DNA of 64,000 nucleotides, from contig DGKJ01000053.1 of the NCBI GenBank assembly GCA_002387735.1, positions 4,129 through 68,128 on the forward strand, written 5' to 3'. Position numbers and translations under genes: made by a program. Source of the stretch: Bacteriovoracaceae bacterium UBA4573. GTDB taxonomy: Bacteria; Bdellovibrionota; UBA1018; UBA923. Shown in pieces: positions 9,610-18,619 of this stretch; the first letter of the stretch is position 1, and each line of letters opens with the position of its first letter. A model generated the notes under the pieces. The model searched no databases and was not told where the DNA came from. It saw nothing but the letters and a program-made list of their open reading frames with translations.

Positions 9610-11022
9610 ATGAAGTTTTCCCAATTTTCTTTGGCTATTTTCGCGGTACTAGCGATCGGTGTAAGTGGGTGTTCAAAATCTAAAGACCAAACCATAACCG
9701 AAGTGGTCTACAGCGAGCAAAAGGCCCAAAAGTTGATCGATGAGGGAAAACCGCTTGAGGCCGCAACCGAATACACCAACATTGCTGAACTTTTATTCAC
9801 CCCCGAGGGCATACAACACGCAGACTCGCTGCTCGACCGCGCGTTGATGCTCGACGCATCCAATCCGAAAGCCAATTTTTTGAGTGCTTTCGTAAAAATC
9901 GTGTTGGTGACTAAACATTTGGAGCACCGAATGGCGCCCCTGCGGGAAATTGGTGGCACGCTCAACGACATTCCAGCACAAATTTATTACGAACATTCTA
10001 AACTCCGAAAAGCTGTGCGAGGCTTTCAATCGCAGTCTGCTTATTCTCAATTCGTGAAGCAAAGCAGCGATTCTGTTTCGCAGTTTAAAAATTATTTGGA
10101 TTTGCAAGAGCACTTGAAAACGGTTGTATTGCCGGTGCTTGAGCAAGGTACCGCCAAATTAGAAAAAGTTTTGGCTAGTGGTGCGAAGTTCGACGTGCGT
10201 GTTGATAATGGTGCCTGGGGTGCGAATGAGTATAGTAACCATGACTATTCACACAGTACCTATTGTTACCAGAACGGAGGCCACTGGCGCTGCAACTACT
10301 ATGTCTACAGCTATTATTTAGAAAAACCTGTTGCAGCTCAGCGGCTCACAGCGGACTCAAATGACCTTCGAGTGATACTAGGCGGGCTGCGCGCCATGAC
10401 CGACAGTGTGCGTCTGTCGCTTGCCTATAGTTTTGAAGGCCTCGATCGCGTGATCAAAGAAGTGGTGCGGGTGCAAAAGAACCGGGAACGATTTGCGAAA
10501 AAGTTTTCTCATCTGCGCGCCATCGATCGCAATATTTCGACTCGTCAGTTAGTTGAGATTTTAAGAAGTGAGCCGAAATTTTTAAGTTTGACCGACGAAA
10601 CGCAGCTCTCGAAAATTCCGTATAATTCCGAACGAATTATGCGAGAAATTCTAGATCTCGGTGCGATGGAACTAGAGTTATGCGGTAGCGAGACTCGTCG
10701 AATGACCCATCTCGTTGCTTCGGTCTGTTTCACAGGTAACGCCGTGGCATTGGCTACCCGTAACTTAGAAATGTTGGCTGGCCCCTCTCGCGTGCGGATC
10801 GGGTACGACGAAATTGGGGAGCCAGTTGAAATTCTCATGGACGTGACCGCGTTGTTTCGCGATCCTTCGAGAGATCTCAAGAGTCTTTTGCCGAACAAAT
10901 TCAATCGCAAAGGGCATGCGATTTCTTACCCCGATCCTACAATGGGCGGGTTGTTCCCCGATGGCGATTTGATCGAACGACTTAAAGTTATCGATGCTCC
11001 AGGCGTCAGCCATATCGACTAA
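9610..11022 (+). CDS. Lipoprotein of unknown function
   Basis: MKFSQFSLAIFAVLAIGVSGCSKSK is a signal peptide with lipobox VSGC. An RBS (AAAGGTG) lies upstream. The track starts at GTG 9601; ATG 9610 is preferred. Confidence 0.5.
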   Translation: MKFSQFSLAIFAVLAIGVSGCSKSKDQTITEVVYSEQKAQKLIDEGKPLEAATEYTNIAELLFTPEGIQHADSLLDRALMLDASNPKANFLSAFVKIVLVTKHLEHRMAPLREIGGTLNDIPAQIYYEHSKLRKAVRGFQSQSAYSQFVKQSSDSVSQFKNYLDLQEHLKTVVLPVLEQGTAKLEKVLASGAKFDVRVDNGAWGANEYSNHDYSHSTYCYQNGGHWRCNYYVYSYYLEKPVAAQRLTADSNDLRVILGGLRAMTDSVRLSLAYSFEGLDRVIKEVVRVQKNRERFAKKFSHLRAIDRNISTRQLVEILRSEPKFLSLTDETQLSKIPYNSERIMREILDLGAMELELCGSETRRMTHLVASVCFTGNAVALATRNLEMLAGPSRVRIGYDEIGEPVEILMDVTALFRDPSRDLKSLLPNKFNRKGHAISYPDPTMGGLFPDGDLIERLKVIDAPGVSHID

Positions 11023-11512
11023 GCGAAGTAAAATGCGGAGTGAACTACTCATGGGTCAGCGTAACGTTCGACTACTGCGTTGTTTCACGATAGCGCTGAT
11101 GTTCGGACTGACTTGTCCGTCGGCATTCGCGACTAAAGAGCGTTTCGAAACACTCACGTTTGATACCGCGAGTTCCGAATGTAGGGTTCAAATCGCTCCC
11201 TACGCCCAGACCATAAGTTGGAGCGATGGGACTGCGCTCGAGGTGGTAGCTGCGAGTGGTTGCGCATCACGCTTGGGGCGCCATTATGAGCTTCAAGGGG
11301 ACGTGCGCCTTACGCTGCTCGATGCGAAACGGTTACCGTTGCTACAAGTGACGGCGAACAACGCCGATCTCGACCTTGCCAACAAACGGGTGGTGTTCCC
11401 CGCCGAAGCCAAAGTGAATTACCGCTTAAAGCAAATGACGCTTCCGGGGTTGTTACTGAACTGGAACTCGCGTGAAACAAAGTCGTTTAGTGGTTTCTAC
11501 GCTCGCTTTTAG
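10994..11512 (+). CDS. Hypothetical exported protein
   Basis: 172 aa. The N-terminal hydrophobic segment LLRCFTIALMFGLTCPSAFA looks like a signal peptide. The start is uncertain. Confidence 0.35.
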   Translation: MLQASAISTKRSKMRSELLMGQRNVRLLRCFTIALMFGLTCPSAFATKERFETLTFDTASSECRVQIAPYAQTISWSDGTALEVVAASGCASRLGRHYELQGDVRLTLLDAKRLPLLQVTANNADLDLANKRVVFPAEAKVNYRLKQMTLPGLLLNWNSRETKSFSGFYARF

Positions 11513-11515
11513 AAC

Positions 11516-13024
11516 CTAATCATAGGCCCGCACGACGCCGCCTTGTTTGCTTAGCTGAATTTCCATTGCTGCCCATATTGGTACCTTGGAAGACTGTACT
11601 GGTTGTAAAAGTCGAGAGTTGTACCAATCACCGGCGATGACTCGGCCTATTCCTTCGGGCACCGCTACTTTGTAGGTTTTGTACCAAGCAACCTCCGAAT
11701 TACCGACCCTAAAGTTCGAAATGCTTTCTTTACCTTTTGCGCCCGAAACGTCGAACGTCACGTTGGTGGTCGTCACTCGAAAACCTTGGCGTATAACATT
11801 TTCGAGAAAGGGTTTTAGAATCCACCCCTCGACTTCGAGCGTCCATACATTCCAACCCGTCGTATGATTATAGAACTCAAACACTCTAGGGTAATACTGA
11901 ATTAGTTTTTCGCGAGTAACGATTCCTGCGGGAACTGAAGTACCGTATAGATCGCTCGCATTGAACGCGAGATCGGCTTTTGTTACCCGCATCATTCCCC
12001 GTCCAAGAATTTCACTCCATGCGGTGCGTTGTCCCCGCCCCGGGACTTCGAGAGGAACTTCGCTGAAGCCGATGGGTTGGGACAACCAGTTGGGTGGATA
12101 CATCGCCTTAAGTTTTTCACGGGCGTCGGCTAAGAATCGTTCAAGTCCCGAGTCCCGAGGGCCATGTAAGCTCACCGGGTGTAGTTCGTAACGAACAATT
12201 CGCAGTGGTTTGCCAGGGACTAAGTCTACCAGTAAGTCTCCGACATACTTACCGTGGTCGCCCGCCTGAACGATCGGAACCAATTTGTGATCGAGATCCG
12301 TTTGGTGATAGGGCCGTGAAAGTTTAGTGTGAGAGTGGCCACCGATAACCAGATCGATTCCTCGAGTGTTTCGAACTAGTTTGAGGTCTTCTTCGATTCC
12401 TAAGTGCGAAAGAGCAATAACGAATTGGCTGTCTCTGCGGTATTTCGGCACCAACACCTGAGCGGCTTGGATTGGAGAAGAAATTACTTTTTTTCCAGCG
12501 CGCCAAGTGTACATGAACTCATCGGTGGTTAGCCCAATGACAGATATGTGTTTGCCCCCACGCTCGAAACGAGCGCGGCTGGTTAGTGCTTTTTTTAAGT
12601 CGGGATAACTCTTACCCACGCGGAAATTGGCACCCAATAGATAGTGGCTGGGTTTTACATTCTTAATGACCCGGTTCAAGTCTTTCAGCCCTAGTAGATA
12701 GTCATGGTTGCCAATCGTGACGGCATCGTAACCAAGCTCACTCATGGCTCTCCAAGACTGTTCGCCTCGGTCCGCTAGATAGAATTGAGTCCCTTCGCTA
12801 AAGTCCCCAGCGTCGAGCACTAAGGTTTCAATGCCCTGGGAACCAGCGTCGTTTTTTATTCGATCGATGGTTGCTTTCAGGGCCGGGTAACTTTCAAAAT
12901 GCGAATGAAGATCGTTGGTGTGAATTATTTGCAAGAGCTCAGCGCTTGAAGGCTTAGCCGTGAAAAGTATAAAAAATGTAAAGATAGACCGCGCAATACC
13001 GGAACGTGAGAATTCGTTTCTCAT
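11516..13024 (-). CDS. Bifunctional metallophosphatase / 5'-nucleotidase (UshA family), exported
   Basis: 502 aa with signal peptide. Calcineurin-like motifs LLQIIHTNDLHSHFE and GNHDY are present, followed by a 5'-nucleotidase C-terminal domain. Confidence 0.8.
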   Translation of the reverse strand: MRNEFSRSGIARSIFTFFILFTAKPSSAELLQIIHTNDLHSHFESYPALKATIDRIKNDAGSQGIETLVLDAGDFSEGTQFYLADRGEQSWRAMSELGYDAVTIGNHDYLLGLKDLNRVIKNVKPSHYLLGANFRVGKSYPDLKKALTSRARFERGGKHISVIGLTTDEFMYTWRAGKKVISSPIQAAQVLVPKYRRDSQFVIALSHLGIEEDLKLVRNTRGIDLVIGGHSHTKLSRPYHQTDLDHKLVPIVQAGDHGKYVGDLLVDLVPGKPLRIVRYELHPVSLHGPRDSGLERFLADAREKLKAMYPPNWLSQPIGFSEVPLEVPGRGQRTAWSEILGRGMMRVTKADLAFNASDLYGTSVPAGIVTREKLIQYYPRVFEFYNHTTGWNVWTLEVEGWILKPFLENVIRQGFRVTTTNVTFDVSGAKGKESISNFRVGNSEVAWYKTYKVAVPEGIGRVIAGDWYNSRLLQPVQSSKVPIWAAMEIQLSKQGGVVRAYD

Positions 13025-13278
13025 TTTTCGTGCACTCCATGCATGAAATTTCGTTTGTCACGATGCGCTCGCTACGATGTGTTGGTTTGATTTTAGAAAT
13101 TGAAATTACACTTCGGCCCACCCCCTCCAACCCATAGTTTAGCAGACGCCGTGCCAAGTGCACAAAGTTGTTAAGTGTTTGTTCTTATTGTCGACGCAAT
13201 GCGCATTTTGATTGCGACCTGGTGCATTTCGACTTTGTGCGGTGACGAATTGGGACCGGCATGGGATAAACAAAATCG

Positions 13279-13653
13279 ATGACATTGAACCAAATACTTT
13301 TAGTGGGGATTGGTGGTTTTTTAGGATCAGTCACTCGCTTTGCAGTGTATTTTTTTTTAAATCCCTCACAACTCTTGAAATATCCGTTGGCGACCGTAGT
13401 GGTGAATGCTCTAGGCTGCTTCGCTGCCGGTAGCCTGTGGGCGCGAGTGAATGCACAGTTCACTAGCGATCAACCGTTGGTCCTTTTTTTAAGCGTGGGT
13501 TTTTTCGGGGCATTCACTACATTTTCTGCCCTTGGAATTGATACACTCGTGTTCGTCAAACAAGACGAAGTGGCTCGCGCTTTAATACACGTAGCCATGA
13601 ATTTGGTGTTAGGAATTGGCGCTGCGTTTTTCGGACGATGGCTGTTTCAGTGA
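13279..13653 (+). CDS. crcB: Fluoride-specific ion channel FluC/CrcB
   Basis: 124 aa. MTLNQILLVGIGGFLGSVTRFAV.. shows typical CrcB TM helices and a Gly-rich start. Confidence 0.85.
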   Translation: MTLNQILLVGIGGFLGSVTRFAVYFFLNPSQLLKYPLATVVVNALGCFAAGSLWARVNAQFTSDQPLVLFLSVGFFGAFTTFSALGIDTLVFVKQDEVARALIHVAMNLVLGIGAAFFGRWLFQ

Positions 13654-14396
13654 GCGATTACGTATTTGGCTTTTCTGCCGTGCCAGGCGGCATAGGCCGC
13701 AATGAGTCCTGAAAATACAAAGCCGCGATAACCGACTTTAAGAAAAATCCAAGCGCCCACCGCGGAACCAAAAATGAATGCCAATATCGAACCAATTCGC
13801 AGATAGTTGGCTCGCACTTCTTTAGCGAATCCACTCTTGTGAGTGTCGAGAGTGAGCACTCGAGCAAGACCTAAACCAAGGTCAGTGGTTAAGCCGGTGA
13901 GGTGGGTGGTTCTAACGGAACGTCCCGAGGACGATGTAATGGCGCCGTTCTGAAGCCCACATGCAAGGCAAAGCAAAACTAAAAGTAGATAACTTTGTTT
14001 CAGACGCGATTCTCCGAAAATTCCGAAATGTAGCAACTCTCCGCCGCTTGCTGCTAAAAACAAACAAAGCGCGCTGAGACCCATAACCCAGTCAAAGTGA
14101 GGCTTATTGCCATGGTAGATCGGTCGATCAATCATAAGGCCCGCTATAAAGGCCCCAAGCAGAAAGAAAAGTGGAACTGAAAGAATGCCCAGTGCGGCTT
14201 CAATTTGATGAGTCATAATGTCGACTCCAAACAAGGTGGCGAAACCTGTAACGTGACTAACGAATCGCCCCGTGGCCAAAAAACCCCCGGAATTGATACA
14301 GCCGCCGCTAAAACTTAGCAAAAACCAATGGAATACTACGCGATTGTTTGGGGTTTCGTCGAAACGATGGTTAAACATTAATAGCCTTTGTACCAC
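13647..14396 (-). CDS. YoaK/DUF1275 family membrane protein
   Basis: 249 aa and polytopic. The N-terminal LLSFSGGCINSGGFLATGRFVSHVTG matches DUF1275. Confidence 0.65.
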   Translation of the reverse strand: MVQRLLMFNHRFDETPNNRVVFHWFLLSFSGGCINSGGFLATGRFVSHVTGFATLFGVDIMTHQIEAALGILSVPLFFLLGAFIAGLMIDRPIYHGNKPHFDWVMGLSALCLFLAASGGELLHFGIFGESRLKQSYLLLVLLCLACGLQNGAITSSSGRSVRTTHLTGLTTDLGLGLARVLTLDTHKSGFAKEVRANYLRIGSILAFIFGSAVGAWIFLKVGYRGFVFSGLIAAYAAWHGRKAKYVIAH

Positions 14397-14524
14397 TAAT
14401 CTTTAAGTTTTATAAGACCGACAGTCGATTGAAATGATAGCGTTCAAAGTTCTAAGTGCACCGGCGATGGAGGATTGCGAAATGCGCGTCGCTGTAGTAA
14501 CCCCCCGGTAGGGGTACATACCGA

Positions 14525-16117
14525 ATGAGTAAAAAGAAAACTTCAACCGGCTTATCGAACGGAATCAAGGTCTTTCTCGAATGGGTTGAGCGCACTGGAA
14601 ACAAGCTCCCGGATCCGGTGTTCTTATTCATCTACTTAACGGTGGCGTTGGTATTGGTTTCAGTAGTTTGTGCGCTTTTAGGACTTTCCGCTATTCACCC
14701 TACCCAAAAAAGTCCAGACGGCGGGGCCTTCGTCATTCGGGCGGCGAGTTTGTTGTCGCCTGCTAATATTCAAAAATTTTGGGTTGATATGCCGGCCACT
14801 TTTACGCACTTTCACCCGCTCGGCTACGTATTAGTCGTCATGCTAGGTGCGGGTGTGGCGGAACGTTCAGGACTCTTCGCGACGGCAATGCGGTTTGCGG
14901 TCAGTAAGGCGCCCGTGGCGCTTTTGACGCCACTGGTGGCCCTGATCGCTATGATTTCCAGCCACGCCGCTGATGCAGGTTACGTGGTGTTGATTCCCTT
15001 GGCTGGAATTTTATTCGCGGCCGCGGGGCGGCACCCTCTTGCGGGAATAGGTGCCGCATTCGCGGGCGTATCGGGCGGGTTTTCGGCCAACATTACGCCC
15101 GGACAGCTTGACGCACTTTTGCTCGGAATCACGGAAACAGCGGTGGTGGCAAGTAAACTTGACCCTAAGTGGACCGTGAATCTTGCAGGGAATTGGTGGT
15201 TTATCATCGGAATGACGCTCGTCTTTTTGCCGACGATTTGGTTTGTCACCGATCGAATTATTGAACCGCGGCTTGGGAAATGGACGCCGAGCGATTCAAG
15301 CCCAGTCGCAAATTCCGAAAAAAAGAATATCTCCACTGCCGAACGCAGAGGTCTGGGGCGAGCTGGTTGGGCTCTGCTCGGTGTTATAGGTTTGTGGGTC
15401 TTCATGGTGGTAGGACCTGGAGCACCCTTGCTTGGAAAAGGGGCGCCTGATGCTGCGTGGTACGTAAAAGCCGCACCCTTATTTAAGTCGCTCGTTTCGG
15501 CGTTCTTTTTATTGTTTCTCGCCTCTGGTTGGGCTTACGGTGCAGCTGCAGGCACGATAAAAAATCATCGCGACCTAGTTAAGATGATGGCCGATTCAAT
15601 GAAAGACATGGGCTATTATTTGGTACTCGCGTTTGTGGCGGCACATTTCGTTGCCATGTTTGGCTGGTCGAATCTTGGTTTGATTTTCGCAATTCATGGG
15701 GCCAACGGAATAGAAAGCACCGGGCTTCCAATGCCAGCCTTGCTCGTGCTCATTCTTTTGTTCAGTTCTGCACTCAATATTTTAATTGGTTCCGCGAGCG
15801 CAAAGTGGGCGCTGATGGCGCCAGTATTAGTGCCTATGCTCATGCTTCTTGGTGTGAGTCCCGAGGCTACGACGGCCGTGTATCGGGTAGGCGATGGCGC
15901 TACGAATATCATTACTCCGCTCATGGTGTATTTCCCATTGGTATTGGTGTTTGCCCAAAAATGGCGACCGGATTTTGGGCTCGGAAGCCTAACCGCGCTC
16001 ATGTTGCCGTATTCGGTAGCCATCCTGTTAGTTGGGACCTTGCTGGTACTGCTGTGGGTACTCGTTGGTGCGGAACTGGGACCTAACGCGCCATTGCACT
16101 ACATTTTGCCGAGGTAG
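14525..16117 (+). CDS. abgT: AbgT-family transporter (p-aminobenzoyl-glutamate / antimetabolite efflux family)
   Basis: 530 aa. The N-terminus LSNGIKVFLEWVERTGNKLPDPVFLFIYL and overall TM topology match AbgT/MtrF. Confidence 0.8.
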   Translation: MSKKKTSTGLSNGIKVFLEWVERTGNKLPDPVFLFIYLTVALVLVSVVCALLGLSAIHPTQKSPDGGAFVIRAASLLSPANIQKFWVDMPATFTHFHPLGYVLVVMLGAGVAERSGLFATAMRFAVSKAPVALLTPLVALIAMISSHAADAGYVVLIPLAGILFAAAGRHPLAGIGAAFAGVSGGFSANITPGQLDALLLGITETAVVASKLDPKWTVNLAGNWWFIIGMTLVFLPTIWFVTDRIIEPRLGKWTPSDSSPVANSEKKNISTAERRGLGRAGWALLGVIGLWVFMVVGPGAPLLGKGAPDAAWYVKAAPLFKSLVSAFFLLFLASGWAYGAAAGTIKNHRDLVKMMADSMKDMGYYLVLAFVAAHFVAMFGWSNLGLIFAIHGANGIESTGLPMPALLVLILLFSSALNILIGSASAKWALMAPVLVPMLMLLGVSPEATTAVYRVGDGATNIITPLMVYFPLVLVFAQKWRPDFGLGSLTALMLPYSVAILLVGTLLVLLWVLVGAELGPNAPLHYILPR

Positions 16118-16149
16118 TGCGTAGCGAAATTGCTACCGTACTCCATCGG

Positions 16150-17130
16150 CTACTTGTGCTGCATTAAAACGGCATCCGACACAAAAAACCGGGGGACGGT
16201 CTGTCTTGCGAGCTTAATTTTGTGGCGCATGAGTAGGACGTTGAGCGTGAACCGAAGAGCGCCCAAAAAAAACCGAACTTCTTTTCCGATCGGATACACC
16301 GCGAACTCTGGTTTGTAGGCGGTCACGCGCAGCCCGACACTTGAGAGATAGTTTCGAAATTCTTCAATACCCGGCTGCAGCAGTGACATGCTGTGGGTGC
16401 AGGCGATGAATTTGGTAGTTCTAAGTGCTGAGCAGAAAGTCAGCGCAGATCCCACAAACAATTTTAATCCTGCTACAGTGCACGGCGGGTCCATGAAAAT
16501 GAGACCATAGTTCTGAATTAGATCTGCGCTGGGAGGCATTTGAAGATCGTGGACTTTCGCTCGAATAGGAAAGTCGTGTTGAGCAGCGATATGCTGAATG
16601 CGTTGTATGATTGTGGGATCGATGTCGACTACGGTTACATTTTTAAATCCTCGTTTTGCGAGTTCCAGACTTAATAGGTCGTCGTCGCCTAAAAGCAAAA
16701 CTGGTGCGTCGCAGCCAATGTATTCCGCAATCAGATCGGCGCGTTCGAGTAAGTTTTTTTGACTGCAGGGGAGTTGGTTGAATTTGTGGTTCAGAATGGA
16801 ACTCGAATTCATACCCGTGGTCAAAGAGTTGCTGTTTGCATGGTGAATGTTTCGCACCACCTGTTCCGAAGCCAGATCCACGAGTTCGTTCCAGTGAGTG
16901 TTCACCAAATCTGGCAGATTGGGGCGGCGAATGGCCCCGCTAAAAAGAGTAAACAAGCCCGTCATGAGGGGGCGAAGTTGTTTTACGATCTTCGGTGATT
17001 TGAGTCGCTGAAGAGCTTCAATATGGGCGCGAGCTTCTGAGACGAGCAGGTAGTTGTTTACGAGCGACTCCCAGGTGGGAAGCCCCGCTTCAAGTGAGTT
17101 TTGGACTTCAGCTTGATTTGAAGATTCCAT
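16150..17130 (-). CDS. BpsA-like (DUF43) aminopropyltransferase, putative long/branched-chain polyamine synthase
   Basis: 326 aa. A Gly-Asp-Asp-Asp motif (LLLGDDDLLSLELAKRG) and a downstream IFMDPP motif are present, as recalled for N4-bis(aminopropyl)spermidine synthase family proteins. It sits in an operon with speD. Confidence 0.5.
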   Translation of the reverse strand: MESSNQAEVQNSLEAGLPTWESLVNNYLLVSEARAHIEALQRLKSPKIVKQLRPLMTGLFTLFSGAIRRPNLPDLVNTHWNELVDLASEQVVRNIHHANSNSLTTGMNSSSILNHKFNQLPCSQKNLLERADLIAEYIGCDAPVLLLGDDDLLSLELAKRGFKNVTVVDIDPTIIQRIQHIAAQHDFPIRAKVHDLQMPPSADLIQNYGLIFMDPPCTVAGLKLFVGSALTFCSALRTTKFIACTHSMSLLQPGIEEFRNYLSSVGLRVTAYKPEFAVYPIGKEVRFFLGALRFTLNVLLMRHKIKLARQTVPRFFVSDAVLMQHK

Positions 17131-17746
17131 AAAACCCTTTCGCCAGCAGAAAACCGCCGAATAAGATAGTTAGGCCCGCTGTAAATCTTTGTATCAATGC
17201 GAGCGTACGGCTTGATTTAGTAACTCTGGCAAACCGCCCGAGAAATGAAAACCATAGGAAGTCTCCCATAAATATTCCGCTAAGAAAAACTACCGGAGTA
17301 AGTGCCGTGGCAGAAGGGGAAAAAACAGGCAAAGTGGAGGTCGTCCACAAGACCCAGAATGCCAAGAATGTCGGATTCGATAGGCAAATGCTGGCACCAA
17401 ACCAGAAGTCGAAGTGGCGGAATCGCGCTTCTCTCATGCGGACATCGGTTCGGGGAGGTTGTTTTCTTTGAAGGTGTTCCTTTAAGCCAAGGCAAATGAG
17501 CAAAAAACCAGCAATCAAAAATAGATATTCGGTTTGCTGCTTAGAAATGAACTTAGCGTAACCGAAATAAGCGAGACCGGCGAGTGCGACGTCGGCAAGT
17601 ACCACGCCCAAAACGAACGCAAAGGTACTGCGGCCGGAACGGTGCATTTGCAGAACTTGTAAATTTATTGGGCCGATTGGTGCGGAGGAAACAATACCGC
17701 CTGTGAAACCACATAAAGCGAATGCGAGTACGTCTATTACTTCCAC
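17108..17746 (-). CDS. LysE/RhtB-family translocator (small-molecule exporter)
   Basis: 212 aa with 6 predicted TM. The N-terminal FTGGIVSSAPIGPINLQVLQ resembles the LysE family. It overlaps the speD stop. Confidence 0.55.
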   Translation of the reverse strand: MEVIDVLAFALCGFTGGIVSSAPIGPINLQVLQMHRSGRSTFAFVLGVVLADVALAGLAYFGYAKFISKQQTEYLFLIAGFLLICLGLKEHLQRKQPPRTDVRMREARFRHFDFWFGASICLSNPTFLAFWVLWTTSTLPVFSPSATALTPVVFLSGIFMGDFLWFSFLGRFARVTKSSRTLALIQRFTAGLTILFGGFLLAKGFYGIFKSS

Positions 17747-18120
17747 TCTTCGACTCGCTGTTCGGAAAAATCTGGCAGACGTTGCGCAGCACCGCGACCT
17801 CTTAGAATTGTTTCGCTGCGATATCGATTGATTTTGAACAATGCCAAAATAGTTTTTTCAAACACCCCAAGATCAAAACCATCGTTGCAGATATAGAGGT
17901 CCATGCTTAAGTATTGGTGCTCGGGGTAAGTATGAATTGTGAAATGAGACTCCGCCAGTATGCAAACGTGAGTGAGCCCCTGGGGCTCGAAAGGGTGGTT
18001 AGTTTCCGCCACCACAGTAAACTGCGAACGAACCAAATCTAGTATGGAATCAACGGTAAAGGCAGTTATTTTGTCCTGGAGCCAAATGTCGAGTATGAGG
18101 TGTTTGCCGAAGGTATTCAT
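17737..18120 (-). CDS. speD: S-adenosylmethionine decarboxylase proenzyme (class 1, pyruvoyl-dependent)
   Basis: 127 aa. The self-cleavage site LAESHFTIHTYPE and the HLILDIW start are canonical for small bacterial/archaeal AdoMetDC. Confidence 0.85.
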   Translation of the reverse strand: MNTFGKHLILDIWLQDKITAFTVDSILDLVRSQFTVVAETNHPFEPQGLTHVCILAESHFTIHTYPEHQYLSMDLYICNDGFDLGVFEKTILALFKINRYRSETILRGRGAAQRLPDFSEQRVEEWK

Positions 18121-18177
18121 GTTGTATTCCGCCCTTTTTGCCTGCGCTTTATTCAGTAGAGAAATATAGAAGATGTT

Positions 18178-18513
18178 TTAACTGCGGAGCGGTGGACGGT
18201 GGATTGACTGGTAAAATTCCTGCGGCGGTGCAAGATTGGCGGGTAATCGGTGACGCTTTGTAAGAAGTGTTTTGTTGGACGTTTCAGAATCGGTGGCTAA
18301 TTCTTCGGCGCTCAGATAGTCGACCTCTTCGGGAGTGCTACTTTGGTCGAGGGTGTGGGGGGCGTCGGTGTTGTCCTGAAAATAGAACTGGGGAGTGTTT
18401 TGAGAGTGAGTCGTGGCTACAGAGGATTTACGCACAAACACTGTTGTCGAGTTTAAGACCTCGACGACAAAAACCAACAACACCATCCATTGCGCTGCAC
18501 GGTAAAAGCCCAT
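18178..18513 (-). CDS. Hypothetical small membrane-anchored protein
   Basis: 111 aa with one N-terminal TM (WMVLLVFVVEVL). Low-complexity otherwise. Confidence 0.3.
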   Translation of the reverse strand: MGFYRAAQWMVLLVFVVEVLNSTTVFVRKSSVATTHSQNTPQFYFQDNTDAPHTLDQSSTPEEVDYLSAEELATDSETSNKTLLTKRHRLPANLAPPQEFYQSIHRPPLRS

Positions 18514-18619
18514 CTTCCTATAAGCTTAAGTTCATTTTTAAAAACTGACAAGGTTATCGCCGCATGGCGGGATGTTGTTTGCCTTTCTTATCCTTTTTTC
18601 GGCAATAACCTTCAAGAAT

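Noticed and set aside
13025-13278. Possible fluoride riboswitch upstream of crcB
   Set aside because: The conserved GAUGG..AAAC..CUGAUGA..CCUAC core cannot be located on the + strand. The only AAAC-containing stretch lacks the flanking pairing partners.
16114-16137. GTAGCGAAATTGCTAC hairpin between convergent abgT and the BpsA-like gene as a bidirectional terminator
   Set aside because: It has only a 5-bp stem and no flanking U-tract on either strand, which is too weak to call.
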